NCBI GenBank assembly: GCA_035221665.1
Contig: JAVHYY010000112.1
Coordinates: 682,001-725,994 of the forward strand
DNA: 43,994 bases
Source of the DNA: Okamejei kenojei
Taxonomy: Eukaryota
Reading direction: 5' to 3'
The position numbers were made by a program, and so were the translations under genes. Every line of letters starts with the position of its first letter. Position 1 is the stretch's first letter. Shown piece by piece: positions 24,500 to 36,876 of the stretch. A model generated the notes under the pieces. That model searched no databases and was not told where the DNA came from. It saw only the letters and a program-made list of their open reading frames with translations.

Positions 24500-26420
24500 A
24501 TATTAGGTGTTTTGAAGAAGTAACCCTAAAAGTTTAGTGAGGGAAAAGTCGTAGATATTGTATGTTCGGCAAGGCATTTCATAAACTGCCGCGTGGTTGA
24601 CTGCTCTAGAATGGTAGAACGACTTCCAGGGGGACTTCCTAACTGGGCGGAACATTACCTTCAAGGAAGGAAGCAGATTAGGATGGAGGAAGATACATTT
24701 TCAGACTAGCGGCCTACGACAAGTTATGTGCCTAAAGGATCAGATCTGGGCGCATTGCTGTGTGTCATTTATATCGAATATTTGGATGAAAATGTAGAAG
24801 GCAAGACTACACATTTGCCAGATGACACAAAAGTAGATGCGAAGCGAAGATGATTATCAAAATCCACCGGAGGATCTCGATCAGTTCAACAAGTGGGCTG
24901 AGCAATGGTTGATAAGTTTTAATGAAGAAAAGTGAGAGGTGCTACATTTTGAGAAGTCAAACACGGCAGGACATTCCCGGCGAATGGTAGGACCGTAGGG
25001 AGTGTCGCATTGCAAAGTCTAGAAAAGGGCATGACCCGGATTGCTGTGATCTCTTGGGGCGTCGTTGATGGGGAAAACTCTGCCTGCGACATAGTGTGTT
25101 GATTCCATCCCTATGTAGTTCATTAGGTTTCTGTACGTTAGGAATGCCATATGAGGCCATAGAGTAAACGGTCAGGATACCTTCTGCAGTACATGTTGAT
25201 ATTTAATGGGAGATTCGGAGAATGCAGGATCTCTTAAAACCTCTATGAAAGTATAGGCGCTGGAGTGTCAACCTGCTGTCGAAGTTGTATCAGCACAGCT
25301 CCAATTCGGTCAAGGCAGTGCATGCCCACGCACTACAACTTTCGGCCACGCCAGCTATCTGCCCCCTTTCAGGAAAGATGGAAATGCTGTTAAATTTCAT
25401 CTTCGGTGCATGTTTATTGCGTAAGACAATCGTGACGTGAACGGAAGACAACTTTGTTTCCCACATGTTCTGTGATTTGTCTTTAATATTCACAACGTTC
25501 GTGAATTTTCCGAGGAGTCAGAGATTAGTGCTCACAATCGACCTGGCGAATGTCACTCCCAACCGCCATGGAAGCCTCGAGTGTAGTCTGTTTTGCGCTG
25601 CCTGTACTTGCTGAGCACTCCAGTCTGGAAGATGTGTTATGGCAGGAGAGTTCACATGTGCGCAATTGTGTTTTTCTTCTTAGCAGGTACTTAAATCTGC
25701 TGTCTGCCATGGTGGTATCCCGGGACTTTGCTGTGTCCAATGCCCACGACAGCCAATGTGTTCGGTGAACCAATGGACACATTGTAGAAAAAGCTGTTAT
25801 TGCTATAGCGATGCAGCGTTAAAGGACCTTGGTTCAGCCGCATGGGTAGCGTTGATTACAGTTCCCATCGTCTTATTGAAGGGAGAGCGTGGAGGTTTTG
25901 GATAGGATGCATACTAGGATTACCAGGAAGGATCTGCAGATGCTGATGTAAACCGACAATAGTGTCGCCAGCTTCATTACCAGAATACTACTTGGATTGG
26001 AGGGTGCTAACTTTCAGGGGTGTTTGGGCAGAGTTGGCTTGTTTCCCGTGGATTGTTAGAGGCTGAGACCTGATGGAAATATATGAACTGATGGTGAAAG
26101 TTAATATTCTGATGGCAAAGTGAAAGCAGTCAGAAGGTTTTGTGCTTCCCAAGGTGGAAATATTATAGAGTAGGAGGGGCAAAAATCAAACGAAACGTAC
26201 GAGTTATTTATGGAGAGAGAGAGATAATACCTGTGACATGCTGCCGAGCATGGTAATAGAACCGATACGACAGTGGCTTTTAAGAGGCCTTTAGATAAAC
26301 ACAAGGATATCGACAATGTGTAGGAGGAGATACGATTAGTTCAGCTTGGCATTATGTTTGGCACGGAGATTGTGGGCAGAACGGCTTCATCCTGTGCTGT
26401 CCGTTTCTTTGTTCCATGTA
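24500..26420. mobile_element. Old CR1 remnant (+) apparently split by a minus-strand LINE fragment (about 25000-25770)
   Basis: Degenerate CR1 motifs (gtgcctaaaggatcagatctggg, gatgacacaaaa, later gtggcttttaagaggcctttagataa) flank an unrelated LINE-like segment. Confidence 0.55.
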
Positions 26421-26563
26421 ACCCTTCGCAACTGATGTTTTCTAAAGCAAGGAACAATGTTGTGTGAAAGTGTGTTTTGTCCGCATGTCGAAACGTTCCA
26501 TCTACTCCCTTCCACCGTCTAACGGCCGTTTTTTTTTCTCTTGACCCGGAATCCATTTCACAG

Positions 26564-26872
26564 GGCAGGCCGCTGAGGATTCCGTCACTCAGAGCCAGTC
26601 TTCACTGTGACCAGGAAAAAGTGATTTGGTGAAACTAACCTGTACCTGCAATACTACAGCATCCGCTTGTTGTTTATATTGGTACCGACAAATTGATGCG
26701 GAAAATCCTGAGATTATTGTGCTGATACAGTCCTTGGCCCAACAGGTACAACGAGGAGACATATTAGAGGATCGATTCTCTGCGGCTCTCCAGACAGCAA
26801 TTCAATTGTCCATTTAACTATTTGGGGTCTCCAGCTTACAGACTCTGCTGTGTATTCCAGCGCCCTGAGTTC
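26564..26872 (+). pseudogene. TCR alpha/delta-type V segment pseudogene (V-c), paralog of V-b
   Basis: Acceptor ttcacag, then QAAEDSVTQSQSSL*...VKLTCTCNTTASACCLYWYRQ...DRFSA..[frameshift]..LTIWGLQLTDSAVYSSALS. Confidence 0.9.
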
Positions 26873-26911
26873 CACAATGATTGAAAGCAGTCTCTTCGCA
26901 GTGCAAACACT
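26873..26911 (+). promoter_or_regulatory. 23-spacer RSS of V-c
   Basis: CACAATG + 23 nt + GCAAACACT. Confidence 0.85.
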
Positions 26912-28539
26912 GCCTGTGGTGAGCCTTTCCTCTCCTTTCTGTGTTTCGCAGGAGTTCAAGGGCACAATGTGGCCGCCATGTGGAGAACGCCGATAGGTGC
27001 TCAGTAGCACGCTGACAGGAAACCTGAGAAACCTCGTATGTACTAGTGAGAAGCAGCATACTGGTGAAGTCGAGAAACAACCAAGCTTCAAACGACGCAA
27101 CTTCTTTCAATTCCAACATGCAAAAAACTAAAAGGTAACGTGAAATGTAGCTAACTCAACTCCGAACCTTGCTCCGAAACCTCTGGTTACCGGCAGAAAA
27201 CAATACCCTTTCCTAACTCAGCCTTCTCCTAGTCAGCCAAATCTCTCCATGTTGGCATCTAACCTCTAATACAATGGGCTCTTATCTTGTTTAGCTGTGC
27301 TCCGCGCGACATCTGATCAAAGGACTTGCAAAATTTCAAGCAAGTAACATCCACTTACTCTCAATCGTCTATTAAAGGTGTTGCTTCTCAAACAACCACG
27401 GCAGTTTCCGACAGTTTTGGGATTAGGTTCGATCTACCCTTAACAAACCCATGGTAACTGTGTCCTATTTTATCGTGTGGTTCCAAGCACGCCGAAACCG
27501 CATTCTTAATAATGAAGTCTGAAATCTTACCAACCACTGAATGCATCGCAGTGTCGCCACTGTATCCGAAGTGTGTTCATACACGGTTATCTCTCTCTGG
27601 TCCACACCGCCATGGAGAACGTTGGTCATTTCTCATCGACACTGTTATTCTAACCTTTCCTATGCCGTACGTTATGTCTTTTGCAAAAATCCTGCTTAAT
27701 TTGTCCAATCTCAAGGCAGAAACAATGAACTGCAGATGCTGGTTTTAAAAAAAAAGAAGCCTTAAAGTGCTGAATTCTCCTATTCTTATTCTCCAGAGAT
27801 GATGCCTGACCCACTGTGTTACTCCAGTACTGTGTCTTTCACCTGAAGAAGAGTTCGACCCGAGTTCGAGTCCAGCCCTCAGCAGATGCTGCATGTCTTC
27901 TGCGGTTAACAACCATCTTGTGTTTTCCTCAAAATGTCAACAACTGCGGTCTTATATGTCTCCATGATGTTAATTCTGTCTATGCTTTTAGTTATAACGG
28001 TTAACAATTAGATCAGGCAACAACTTTGATAGAGAATTTACAGAAATTGACAAATGTTTTATATAAACCTACGTTATAATCCAGCATCTACAGTTCTTTC
28101 ATATACAGCATAAAGACAAAGTCCCTTTTTATTTTATTTCATTGTCAGCAAAGTACCTTGGATAATGTGTTATCCAGTGTCTTAACATTTCTAAAGAATT
28201 TACATAATTTTCGTAAGAATAACATTATAATTTCTAACAGTTTGTGAAAGCAGAGATGGACATTCTTGATTGGTAAGCGTGTCCGCCGTTGTGAGAAGAA
28301 GACGGGGGAGTGGCGTTGGGAGCGAGAGATGGATCAGCCATGATTGAGTAGCCAAGAGGTATTGATGATCCGAATTGCCTAATTCTGCTCCTGGAACATT
28401 ATGAATCTAAGAAAAGTCGCAAGCCTTCCATAGTACATCATGGAGAGCGTTTAAGAAGAATCTACATTGGAGTTCTGACGCTACTTTGTTATTATATCTG
28501 CCATTTTTAATTGATCTTCAGTTCCACTGCTTACAGATA

Positions 28540-28835
28540 GAGGGGTGGCATAGTGGAGCATTTGGTACAGCTGCTGCCCCACAGTGCCAGAGACCCTGGT
28601 TAGATCCCGACATTGTGTGCTATCTCTGTGGAGTTTGCACATTGTTCTTGTGACTGTGTGTGTTTCCTGTCGGTGCTCTGGTTTGTTCTCTCATCCTAAA
28701 CGTGTGTGAATTTGTAATTTAATTGACCTCTGTAGAATTGGCCCCAGTAAAGAACTACTGCAACCACGTGTTTGAAGTTTTGTATGGACTCGGTGGGCAG
28801 AAGGACCCATTTCCATGCTGCATCTCTAAACTTAA
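28540..28835 (+). mobile_element. V-SINE (HE1-like)
   Basis: tRNA-like head ggtggcatagtggagcat...agagaccctggttagatccc, V-domain gtggagtttgcaca...ggtgctctggttt, and a CR1-like tail. Confidence 0.75.
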
Positions 28836-29414
28836 ATAAAGATGGTCATATAACGATAGAATTGCTTCCTTGAAGCACCAGAGTTCAATTCTGTCCACGG
28901 GTGCCGTCAATACAGAGTTTGCAAATTCTCCCCTTGACTGCGTGAGTTTTCTCCGGGTGCTTTGGTTTCTTCACATTCATCAAGGATGTACCGGTTTGTA
29001 CTGTACAATACAAACTGTGAAGGCATGATGCCATAGGTAACTGGGCAATCTGAACCTAAGCGCCAAGTTGAAAGCAGCCGAAGGTGTGCATTCCTCGGGA
29101 AAGCCCACTCTCCCACGGCCACCATCCGCGGTCTGCGTGGGGTCTGAACTAATCGCTGACAAGTCCCGCCCCCCGGCAACGCCAAGTCCGTTATTGGACT
29201 TTTCTGTTAAGCGGGAGTCGGTCGGTTGCCCTGTATGCGCCGCCGCCTTTCACGGTAGGTGGCGTATCGACAGAGCGGCCAGCCGGTAAGATTGCTTTTA
29301 GGCGACGCAACCTTTCGGTTCATAGGAGTTTAGGCGCCCCGCCCATTCGGTTACTTTGAATTTAGGCGTCCCATCTTTTCGGTTAGTCGACGTTTCGTCT
29401 TCGGACTCTTTCTT

Positions 29415-29912
29415 GCTATTGAAGCAGTGCAGCGTAGGTTCACGAGGTTAAACCCGGGATGGCGGGGCTGTCATATGAGGAAATATTGGGAATACTGGGC
29501 ATGTTATCATAGGAATTTAGGATGAGAGGGGATCTTATAGAAACAAATAAAAGTATAAAAGGACTGGATAAGCGAGAGGCCGGAAATGTTTTCCCAATGA
29601 CGGAGGATCACAGAATCAGGGGGCCACGGTCTAAGAATAAATGTGTGGCCATTTAAAACACGTTTTCAGCCAGAGAGTTGTGAATCTGATGAATTCCCTG
29701 CCATTGACTGCAATAGCGGCCAATTTTCTGGATGAATTTAAAAGAGAGTGCGATAGAGCTCTGGGGGTTCGCTGAATCTAGCGATATGTGAAGAAGGCAG
29801 GCACATGTTTCTGATTGTGGATGATCAGCCATGCTACCAATGAATACAGGTGCTGTTCGAAGGGCCAAATGGCCACCTCCTGCACCTATTTTCTATGTTT
29901 TCATGTTTCTAT
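29415..29912 (+). mobile_element. CR1 3' fragment
   Basis: gcagcgtaggttcacgagg...gatcagccatg...gcacctattttctatgtt. Confidence 0.85.
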
Positions 29913-30246
29913 ATTTCCAAATGCAAGTGAACGTCGGATGTCGCTGTGACAAGGGAAAGAACATGGGGAGGCTCAGGGTGATGTCACACCGCAGGGATTC
30001 ATTGACCGTCGAATATATTCGCGCATTAGACACCGATGGCTCCATAGGACATTCGCAAATTAACGCAAATGACACTAGATGAAGACGGCAACAATGGTGA
30101 TGGCGTTGGAGATAAACTGCAGACACACACACACACACACACACGCTGATTGTCAATTACGAATATTTGGCTAACCCTAATTCATTCTCCCAAAATTCAC
30201 ATGGTCTTCAAGTTTTTCATGTTTAAAGTTCAGTTTATTGTCACAT

Positions 30247-30687
30247 TTGACTGGAGAGACTTGGCTTGTACTCGCTAGAATTTAGAAAACTGAGGGTGAA
30301 TCTTATAGAAACTTACAACATTCTTAAGCGGTTGGATAGGCTAGATACAGGAAGATTGTTCCCGATGTTGGGGAGGTCCAGAACAAGTGGTCACAGTCTA
30401 AGGATGAGGAGGAATTCCTTTAGGACCGAGATCAGGAAAACATTTTTCACACAGAGAGTGGTGAGTCTCTGGAATTCTCTGCCACAGGAGGTAGTTGAGG
30501 CCAGTTAATTGGCTATATTTAAGAATTAGATGTGGCCCTTGTGGACAAAGGGATCAGGTGGTATGGAGAGAAGGCAGGTACAGGAAACTGAGTTGGATGA
30601 TCAGCCATGATCATATTGAATTGGCGGTGCAGGCTCGAAGGGCCGAATGGCCTATTCGTGCACCTACTTTCTATGTTTCTATGTTTC
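30247..30687 (+). mobile_element. CR1 (HER1-like) 3' fragment nested in another LINE 3' tail
   Basis: YSLEFRKLR..LIETY.IL...FFTQRVVSLWNSLPQ and a (tttctatg) tail. The flanks rejoin as gtttattgtcacat|gtaccagttaaggtactgtg. Confidence 0.9.
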
Positions 30688-31214
30688 CATGTACCAGTTA
30701 AGGTACTGTGAAATTTGTCATACCATACAGCCATACTAAGTAAAAAGCCACAACACACACTACCACATAAAACCGAAGATGTACATTCACTACAGTGGGT
30801 TCCATATTCCCCACTGTGATAGAAGGCAATAAAGTTGAATCAGCTTCCTCTTCCTCTCCTGCGGTCGAAACAGAGAAGCCATCCGCAGTCGAAGAGATCA
30901 AAACACCCGCAGGCGACGATCGAAGCCCCCGTCAGGATGATCGAAACTCCCCGCGGCGGGGCGGTTGAAACTCTCCCCGCGGCATGGAGCTCCCGAGTCG
31001 GCTTCTTCTTACCAGAGACCGCGGGCTTCACGATGTTAAAATTTACAGGCTCCGAAGTTGGAACTTTGATCCCCGACAAAGGGATGGCAGACTTCGCGAT
31101 GCGAACGTCTCAACAGACTGTTGGCGAGTCATCCACTGCTGATATGCTACCATTCATCTACCATTCATCAACGAGGAACAATGTGCGATGGCCAACCAAC
31201 CGGCTCACCACCAA

Positions 31215-31585
31215 ATTTAGTTTAGTTTAGTGTACATCAGTTTAGTTCAGCTCAGTTTAGTTTAGTTTAGATTCGTGTAGATTAGTTTAGCGCGGAAATT
31301 GGCCCTTCAGCCCATCGAGTGTGGAACCAACAACGATGCCCGCACACTAACATTATCTACACAAAATAATGGGCAATTTACATTTATACCAAGCCAATTA
31401 CCCTGCAAATATGTACCTATTTGGAATGTGGGAGGAAACCGAAGATCTCGGGGAAAATCCATGCATGTCACGGGTAGAATGTACAAACTCCGTACAGACA
31501 TGCACCCGTTGTTAGCATCGAACCCGGGACCCGGGTCTCTAGCGCTGTAAGGCAGCAACTCTAACGCTGCGCCACCGTGCCGCCA
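31215..31585 (-). mobile_element. V-SINE (HE1-like), well preserved
   Basis: Minus strand: ggcgcacggtggcgcagcgttagagttgctgccttacagcgctagagacccgg...ggttcgatg, V-domain cggtttcctcccaca, and an (aaact)n tail. Confidence 0.85.
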
Positions 31586-32003
31586 TGGCATGTTTGAGGA
31601 AGCAAGAGCACATGGTCGAACACAACATGGTCGAAGTCGTGGAGCAATATGACCAAGGATTCATTTACGCGCTGAATTGCCACATCGCGCTATATAACAC
31701 GGATAGCCCCATTACATAGACGTTGTTTCACAATCGCTGATTTGATAGATTTTTTTATTGCACTTTGCATAAAACATCAACGCTATCTGCTTGTGACTAT
31801 AGTTCAGGGCAAAAGTATATAAATACCTGGATCTCTCTCTCTCTCTCTTTTTTTCTGCTGAAGCTAAACACAGAACGAAAACAACGCGATGAATTCCTGC
31901 TATGGAAAATCCACCCCTCCCCCTTCGACAAACACAATTATCAATGAGCGCAGGAAGATTATTCGGAAATTGTAAATCAATAAAATAGCATAAACAAATG
32001 GCA

Positions 32004-32245
32004 CCATCGAAGGTAGACAAAAATGCTGGAGATATCACCGGCTGAGGCGCATTCAATGCAGGGAATGAACAGGTGACGATTCGGGTCGAGACCCTTCTTC
32101 AGCAAGCCACACATTAATCTGAAGAAAGGTCTCCATCCGAATCGTCACCTTTTCCTTCGGTCCATAGATGCTGGCGAACCAGCTAAATTCCTCAAGTATT
32201 TCTGGCTACCTTCGATTATTCCGGCATCTGCAGTTCTTTCATAAA
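32004..32245. mobile_element. Fold-back repeat made of two inverted Penelope-pLTR-like arms
   Basis: Arms at about 32004-32102 and 32119-32218 are imperfect reverse complements. Similar elements at about 21860-22300, 21435-21545, 23735-23862 and 34005-34200. Confidence 0.7.
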
Positions 32246-32321
32246 CAATTTAAATGTTTGTATTTTCACATAAATCAGATGCCCAAGCTACGCACACGTT
32301 GATGTGATATTATTTTAAATA

Positions 32322-33229
32322 TCACTTTACCAATTGTCCTATCTTTCCAGTGCAACGGGTCGCATATGTTAGCACATGGAGCAACTCATGTCTGAACTTG
32401 CTCTGGGTCACGGTGTAAATGGCTGTGTTGGTGCAGGAGCTCAGCAGCTGAAGCATAACTCCAATCCTTTCCAGTCCTTCGAAAGGGTTTATCCAGGCCT
32501 TGCGCATAAACAATTTCAAAATTCGAAACGCCATAAAATGTGCGACACTTGTGGCCAGAGCAGGATGAAGCAGCTCGAGATTGCCAGAAGTAAAACGACC
32601 GACCGTCTGCGGTTCACCATCTCCTGGTCTTTCCTTTTCTCCCCACCGCTGAGGTCTCGGAGGGTCCTGCGGGCTCGGACTGGCCAAGAAAATACGTCTG
32701 ATGGTTAGCGCATTAAACGACACAATCAGGCAGAATGGAATCGCCGGGGTGAACAACTGTTCAGTCCAAGAGAACACCATCCATTTGGGCTTTATGTAAA
32801 AATATATTTTTTTGACGCAGCCCAGTGACAGGTCAATTGGCTTATAAGGAACGTATGCAAAGGGCAAAGGTACGTTCTGAAGGCAGACGAATGGGGTCAC
32901 TGTCAGGATAACAATCGACGCAGTTCTCTCGGTGCAATATTTGGCTTTCATCTTCTGAGTGGAAATCGCAACAAAGCGATCAAATGTGAAAGCGACCGTG
33001 AACCATACAGAACAATCCACCGCAACGGGAGCCAGGAAGAGAATAATTTTGCACACAGGAGTGTAGGGCAACGAAGCATGCCACCAATACATATCAGCAA
33101 TCCGACGAAACATCACGTCAATGAGAAGCACAGAGAGGTCCGCGGTCGCCATGGCTATCATGTAAATAGTGATGCACTTGGATAGGCCGCACTTGCCACG
33201 GAGCAATATCAATATCGCTAGCAGATTCA
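32322..33229 (-). CDS. GPR139/GPR142-like GPCR copy 2, exon 2 (contains a +1/-1 frameshift pair; pseudogene or consensus error)
   Basis: Colinear with copy 1 after acceptor ttcccag. An extra base at 32677-32678 and a missing base at 32555-32556 shift ICL3-TM6 out of frame. Confidence 0.88.
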
Positions 33230-34840
33230 CTGGGAAAACATGAAAATAGTAACTGATTAATTGTGTGATGTACGGGTTGGTGGGTGAGAGCAGACGGAGT
33301 AATTTAAACCTGTCTCGCCAGTAGTAGAGACTATTTATTAAACGAATGAATATTTGGGACAATCATCCGTCAAACGTTTGCAGGGAGTTGTTCAATCAGT
33401 AAATTATTAAATTCCCGGATACCAACATTAGTAGGATTGCCCTATGTAGAAAGGAATGACATGAGGATGGAAATATTAGTACATATATCAATCCCATTTT
33501 GGTAAACGGTAATATAATCTGCAAATCATTAAAATCCTTTTTGCCAAAATTAGGCGGATTGCCTTTTGTTCTAATCTTCACAACATTATGCCGATCGTTT
33601 GATGTTGATGTAAAATATAGAACATTTTCAACAGGTCACACAGTGTATCTAAAATTAAATTAACAGTCCACATTACCATCTATCCAATCAGAATTAAGAG
33701 GGTATCCTTCCAATATCCAATATGTGATTTCATTTTTACAACGGTAAATTCAAATGCGCAGTGTCGTTGTTATTGCTGAGACGCGACTAACTTTTGTGTC
33801 GGGGCAGTGAGTCAATCGTGGTCTGGATTAATGCGGACTGTTTTCCATTTGGCCTTCGAGAATGCATTTCCGAACATGAGACCAAGGAAAGGAATTTAGT
33901 GAAGCACTGCAAATATAATTACAAACATCCTTCACAAACACGGCTAACAACATAACGGGCAAGTATTTCTGCCAAACAGCGGGCGTGCCTCCGTACAGTA
34001 CCTGACAAGAAAAGGTGCTGGAGTATCTCAGTGGCGCAAGCAATATCTCTGGAGGACATAGATAGGCGAAGTATCAGCTCGAACCCCTTCTTCGGACTCC
34101 AATTGGAAGAATGATCGCAAACTGATTGGTTGACTGCGTCGGTCCTCCAGAGATGCTGCAAGACTGGCTGAGTTAACCAGTTCTACGTTTTCACTGCAAG
34201 ATCGCTGCATGTTTAGTTGTTTTTATCTGTAATCTGTTTTTGTTGAGCAGGTTGTTCGTGCGACCTTCAAATCTGTCTCTGCGAAATTATTCCTATGAGC
34301 ATTTAACAGCGATACAAACAATGCAGTGCCAAATTACTGGACGGTGCGTATTTCTCGTTCTTCCTAATGCAGTACGCACAGTGGAACAGAAACGACCTTA
34401 CATTGATTTTAGTAAAAAGCAGTGAAGGCGACATTTCTGCCAGCTTCAATGACCGGCATCCATCAAATATAGCAACGCGCTTCCTCGCTCCAAAGATGTG
34501 CATTGCCTATTTTAGTTTAGTTTCGGGAAACAGCGCAAAAACAGGACCACCGACCCACCGATCGCACACACTAACATCAGCCTACGCGCACAAGGGACAA
34601 TTGATTTCAATATTATGGAGCTTGGGAAGTAAACAAAGATATCAGGGAGAAACCCGAAGGATACGGGGAGAACCTGCAAACTCCGTACAGACAAGCGCCG
34701 AAAGACAGTTGCTCTAGTCCTGTGCCAGGGTGCCGCTCTAATCCCTGCTGGACTATTCGGTATTTTCTCTTAACCTTTAATAGTCTGCGCATTCCAAACA
34801 GTCGTTGTTAGTTCCATGGGATGTGCCGCCAAGTACCTAC

Positions 34841-34913
34841 CAGGGATACCGATTGATGCCAGAATCGGATAATACACAAGTCCTATTTTTTCCTCGATCT
34901 GAATCCTATGCAT
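34841..34913 (-). CDS. GPR139/GPR142-like GPCR copy 2, exon 1 (MHRIQIEEKIGLVYYPILASIGIP)
   Basis: ATG at 34913, 73 nt, phase-1 donor G|GTAGGT; in frame with exon 2. Confidence 0.88.
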
Positions 34914-35436
34914 TTTAATGCGACGGTCCAGGCGATCACTCCTGATGTAGCCGCTCAGCAGTTGCAGCGAAACACACCAATATCTGGCATACTTATAAAG
35001 AAAATAAAGGAGAAATCCGGCAACGAGATTACATCCCTGTGGACATTACTTACACACGTTTGAACAAAAACATCTACCTACTGTTTCATGTAAAAATTCA
35101 AAATCACAATAATGGTGGCGACATTTCCAACAGCAGGCAGTGAACATTGGATTTTGCAAATGCCAAACTATCGTACCTGCAGTGGAATTGCCGGCGAGTG
35201 TTCTGAGATGGGGTTAATTTCCTTAAACATTACATCAGATGACGGGCTAAGGAAAGTTGTTCTTTCGAACTTGTACTTGTTTAATTCGCATTGCCAAAGA
35301 GCGACAACAGGGAGAGAGGGCGACGCAGAACAGGAACCTCAGCATAACTGGTCACACAAGGTCGGATATCTCCGTAAAGTGGCACTTTGGTGGAAAGAGC
35401 AACAAAAGAGAGAATAGTAGAATTTAGCTCATATGA

Positions 35437-36420
35437 AGTCAAGTCAAGAGAGTTTATTGTCATATGTCCCATATAGGACAATGAAATTCTTGAGTTGCAT
35501 CAGCACAACGGAATATTAGTAGGCACGAATACAGAACATATCATATCAGTGAGTCCATATACCATTCTATAAATATAGACACACATTAACAAATAAGCAG
35601 ATAAAGTGCAAATAAATAGCTAATGGTCTATTAGTGTTCACAGATTTGTCTCAGTTGCGTTTAATAGCCCGATAGATGGTGGGGAAGCTGCTATTTCTGA
35701 ACCTGGGACGCTGCATTTCGTCAGGCTCCTGTACTTTCTACCTGAAGGTAGCGGGAGAGATGAGTGTGTGGCCAGGATGGCAAGGGTTCTTGATCATGCT
35801 GCCATTCTTTTTGTGTCAGTGACTGCGATAAATCCCCTCGATGGTATACAAGGGTTGTGAGCGGTTGTCAGCCGATGAGCAGTGTCTACCACTTTTTGTA
35901 GTTTTTTCCGCTCCTGGGCGCCACAAGTTACCGAACCAAGCACGTCGCATGCAACCGAGTCGACTGCCGTCTCCCTAGCTGCACTGCCTAGATGTAGAGA
36001 GAGTCCTCCTTAGCATACCGACTCTACGTAATCTTATCAGGAAGTATTCGCTGATGTGCTTTTTATTAACAATAGCATCAGTGTTCTCGGAGGAGAAAAG
36101 GAGATATCTTCAGAAATGTGCAACGCCCAGGAATGTGAACCTCTTGACCACCATTCCCACCATCGCCCGTTTATCTAAACGGACTAGGGGTCTGCCATCA
36201 TATCCCTTACAAAAGTCACAATCAGTTCCTTGGTTTTGCTGGTGATGAGGGCCAGGTTATTGTGCTGGCACCATTTGGTCAGTCGGTCGATCTCACTTCT
36301 ATACTCTGACTCGTCCCCATCTGTGATACGTCCCAAAACAATTGGTATCGTCAGCGAACTAGATGATGGAATTTCGAACTATGACCGGCTTACGGAGCCA
36401 AGAGTTATAGAGTGAGTACA
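35437..36420 (-). mobile_element. Rex1/Babar LINE 3' part, indel-rich
   Basis: Minus strand has KFADDT-like (agttcgctgacgatacc), NNLAL and KTKELIV motifs, ending in a (ttgac)n-type tail. Confidence 0.8.
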
Positions 36421-36876
36421 GCAGTAAAACCACTAAAATGTAAAATATATTAATCGGGCAGAGTGGCTCATCGGCTCCCTACAAGGGTGAACGGTCAGAG
36501 GTGGGAACGATTGTTATGGTTCATTGGAGTTTTCATGCCGTTTGATTGCTTTTCTCTAGAAGACGCTTCAGCGCCCAAGTTACTTACCTCTTTTTCTGAC
36601 TGGCATAACCCGCTGTAAGCCGAAATCACGGCGCCAGAAGTTATATTTCCAAGCGAAACTCCGGCAGGCCGCGACATATCAACGGACTTCAGTAGCCGGA
36701 TCCGTATTCCAAATAAGTAGTTGAGAAAAAGTCTGAATCTACAATAAGAGAGTGAAGGGCCTTTTGGCAGAAATGCTGAGTGATTTGTTTGTTTAGTCTG
36801 CGGTGCATGAAATTCCCAGGCCGGATCTCTGGGTAAGGTGCCCGCCATTTAAACGAGTTGACATTAATATTTGCAG

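Noticed and set aside
27345-27410. Minus-strand segment ending in GTAAGT, considered as a J
   Set aside because: No FGxG motif, in-frame stops and no RSS.
31500-31585. tRNA-like sequence
   Set aside because: It is the tRNA-derived head of a SINE, not a tRNA gene.
33230-33362. N-terminal 44 aa of the 346-aa ORF as the GPCR start
   Set aside because: This is intron read-through. An acceptor at 33230-33231 and a proper exon 1 at 34841-34913 mirror copy 1.
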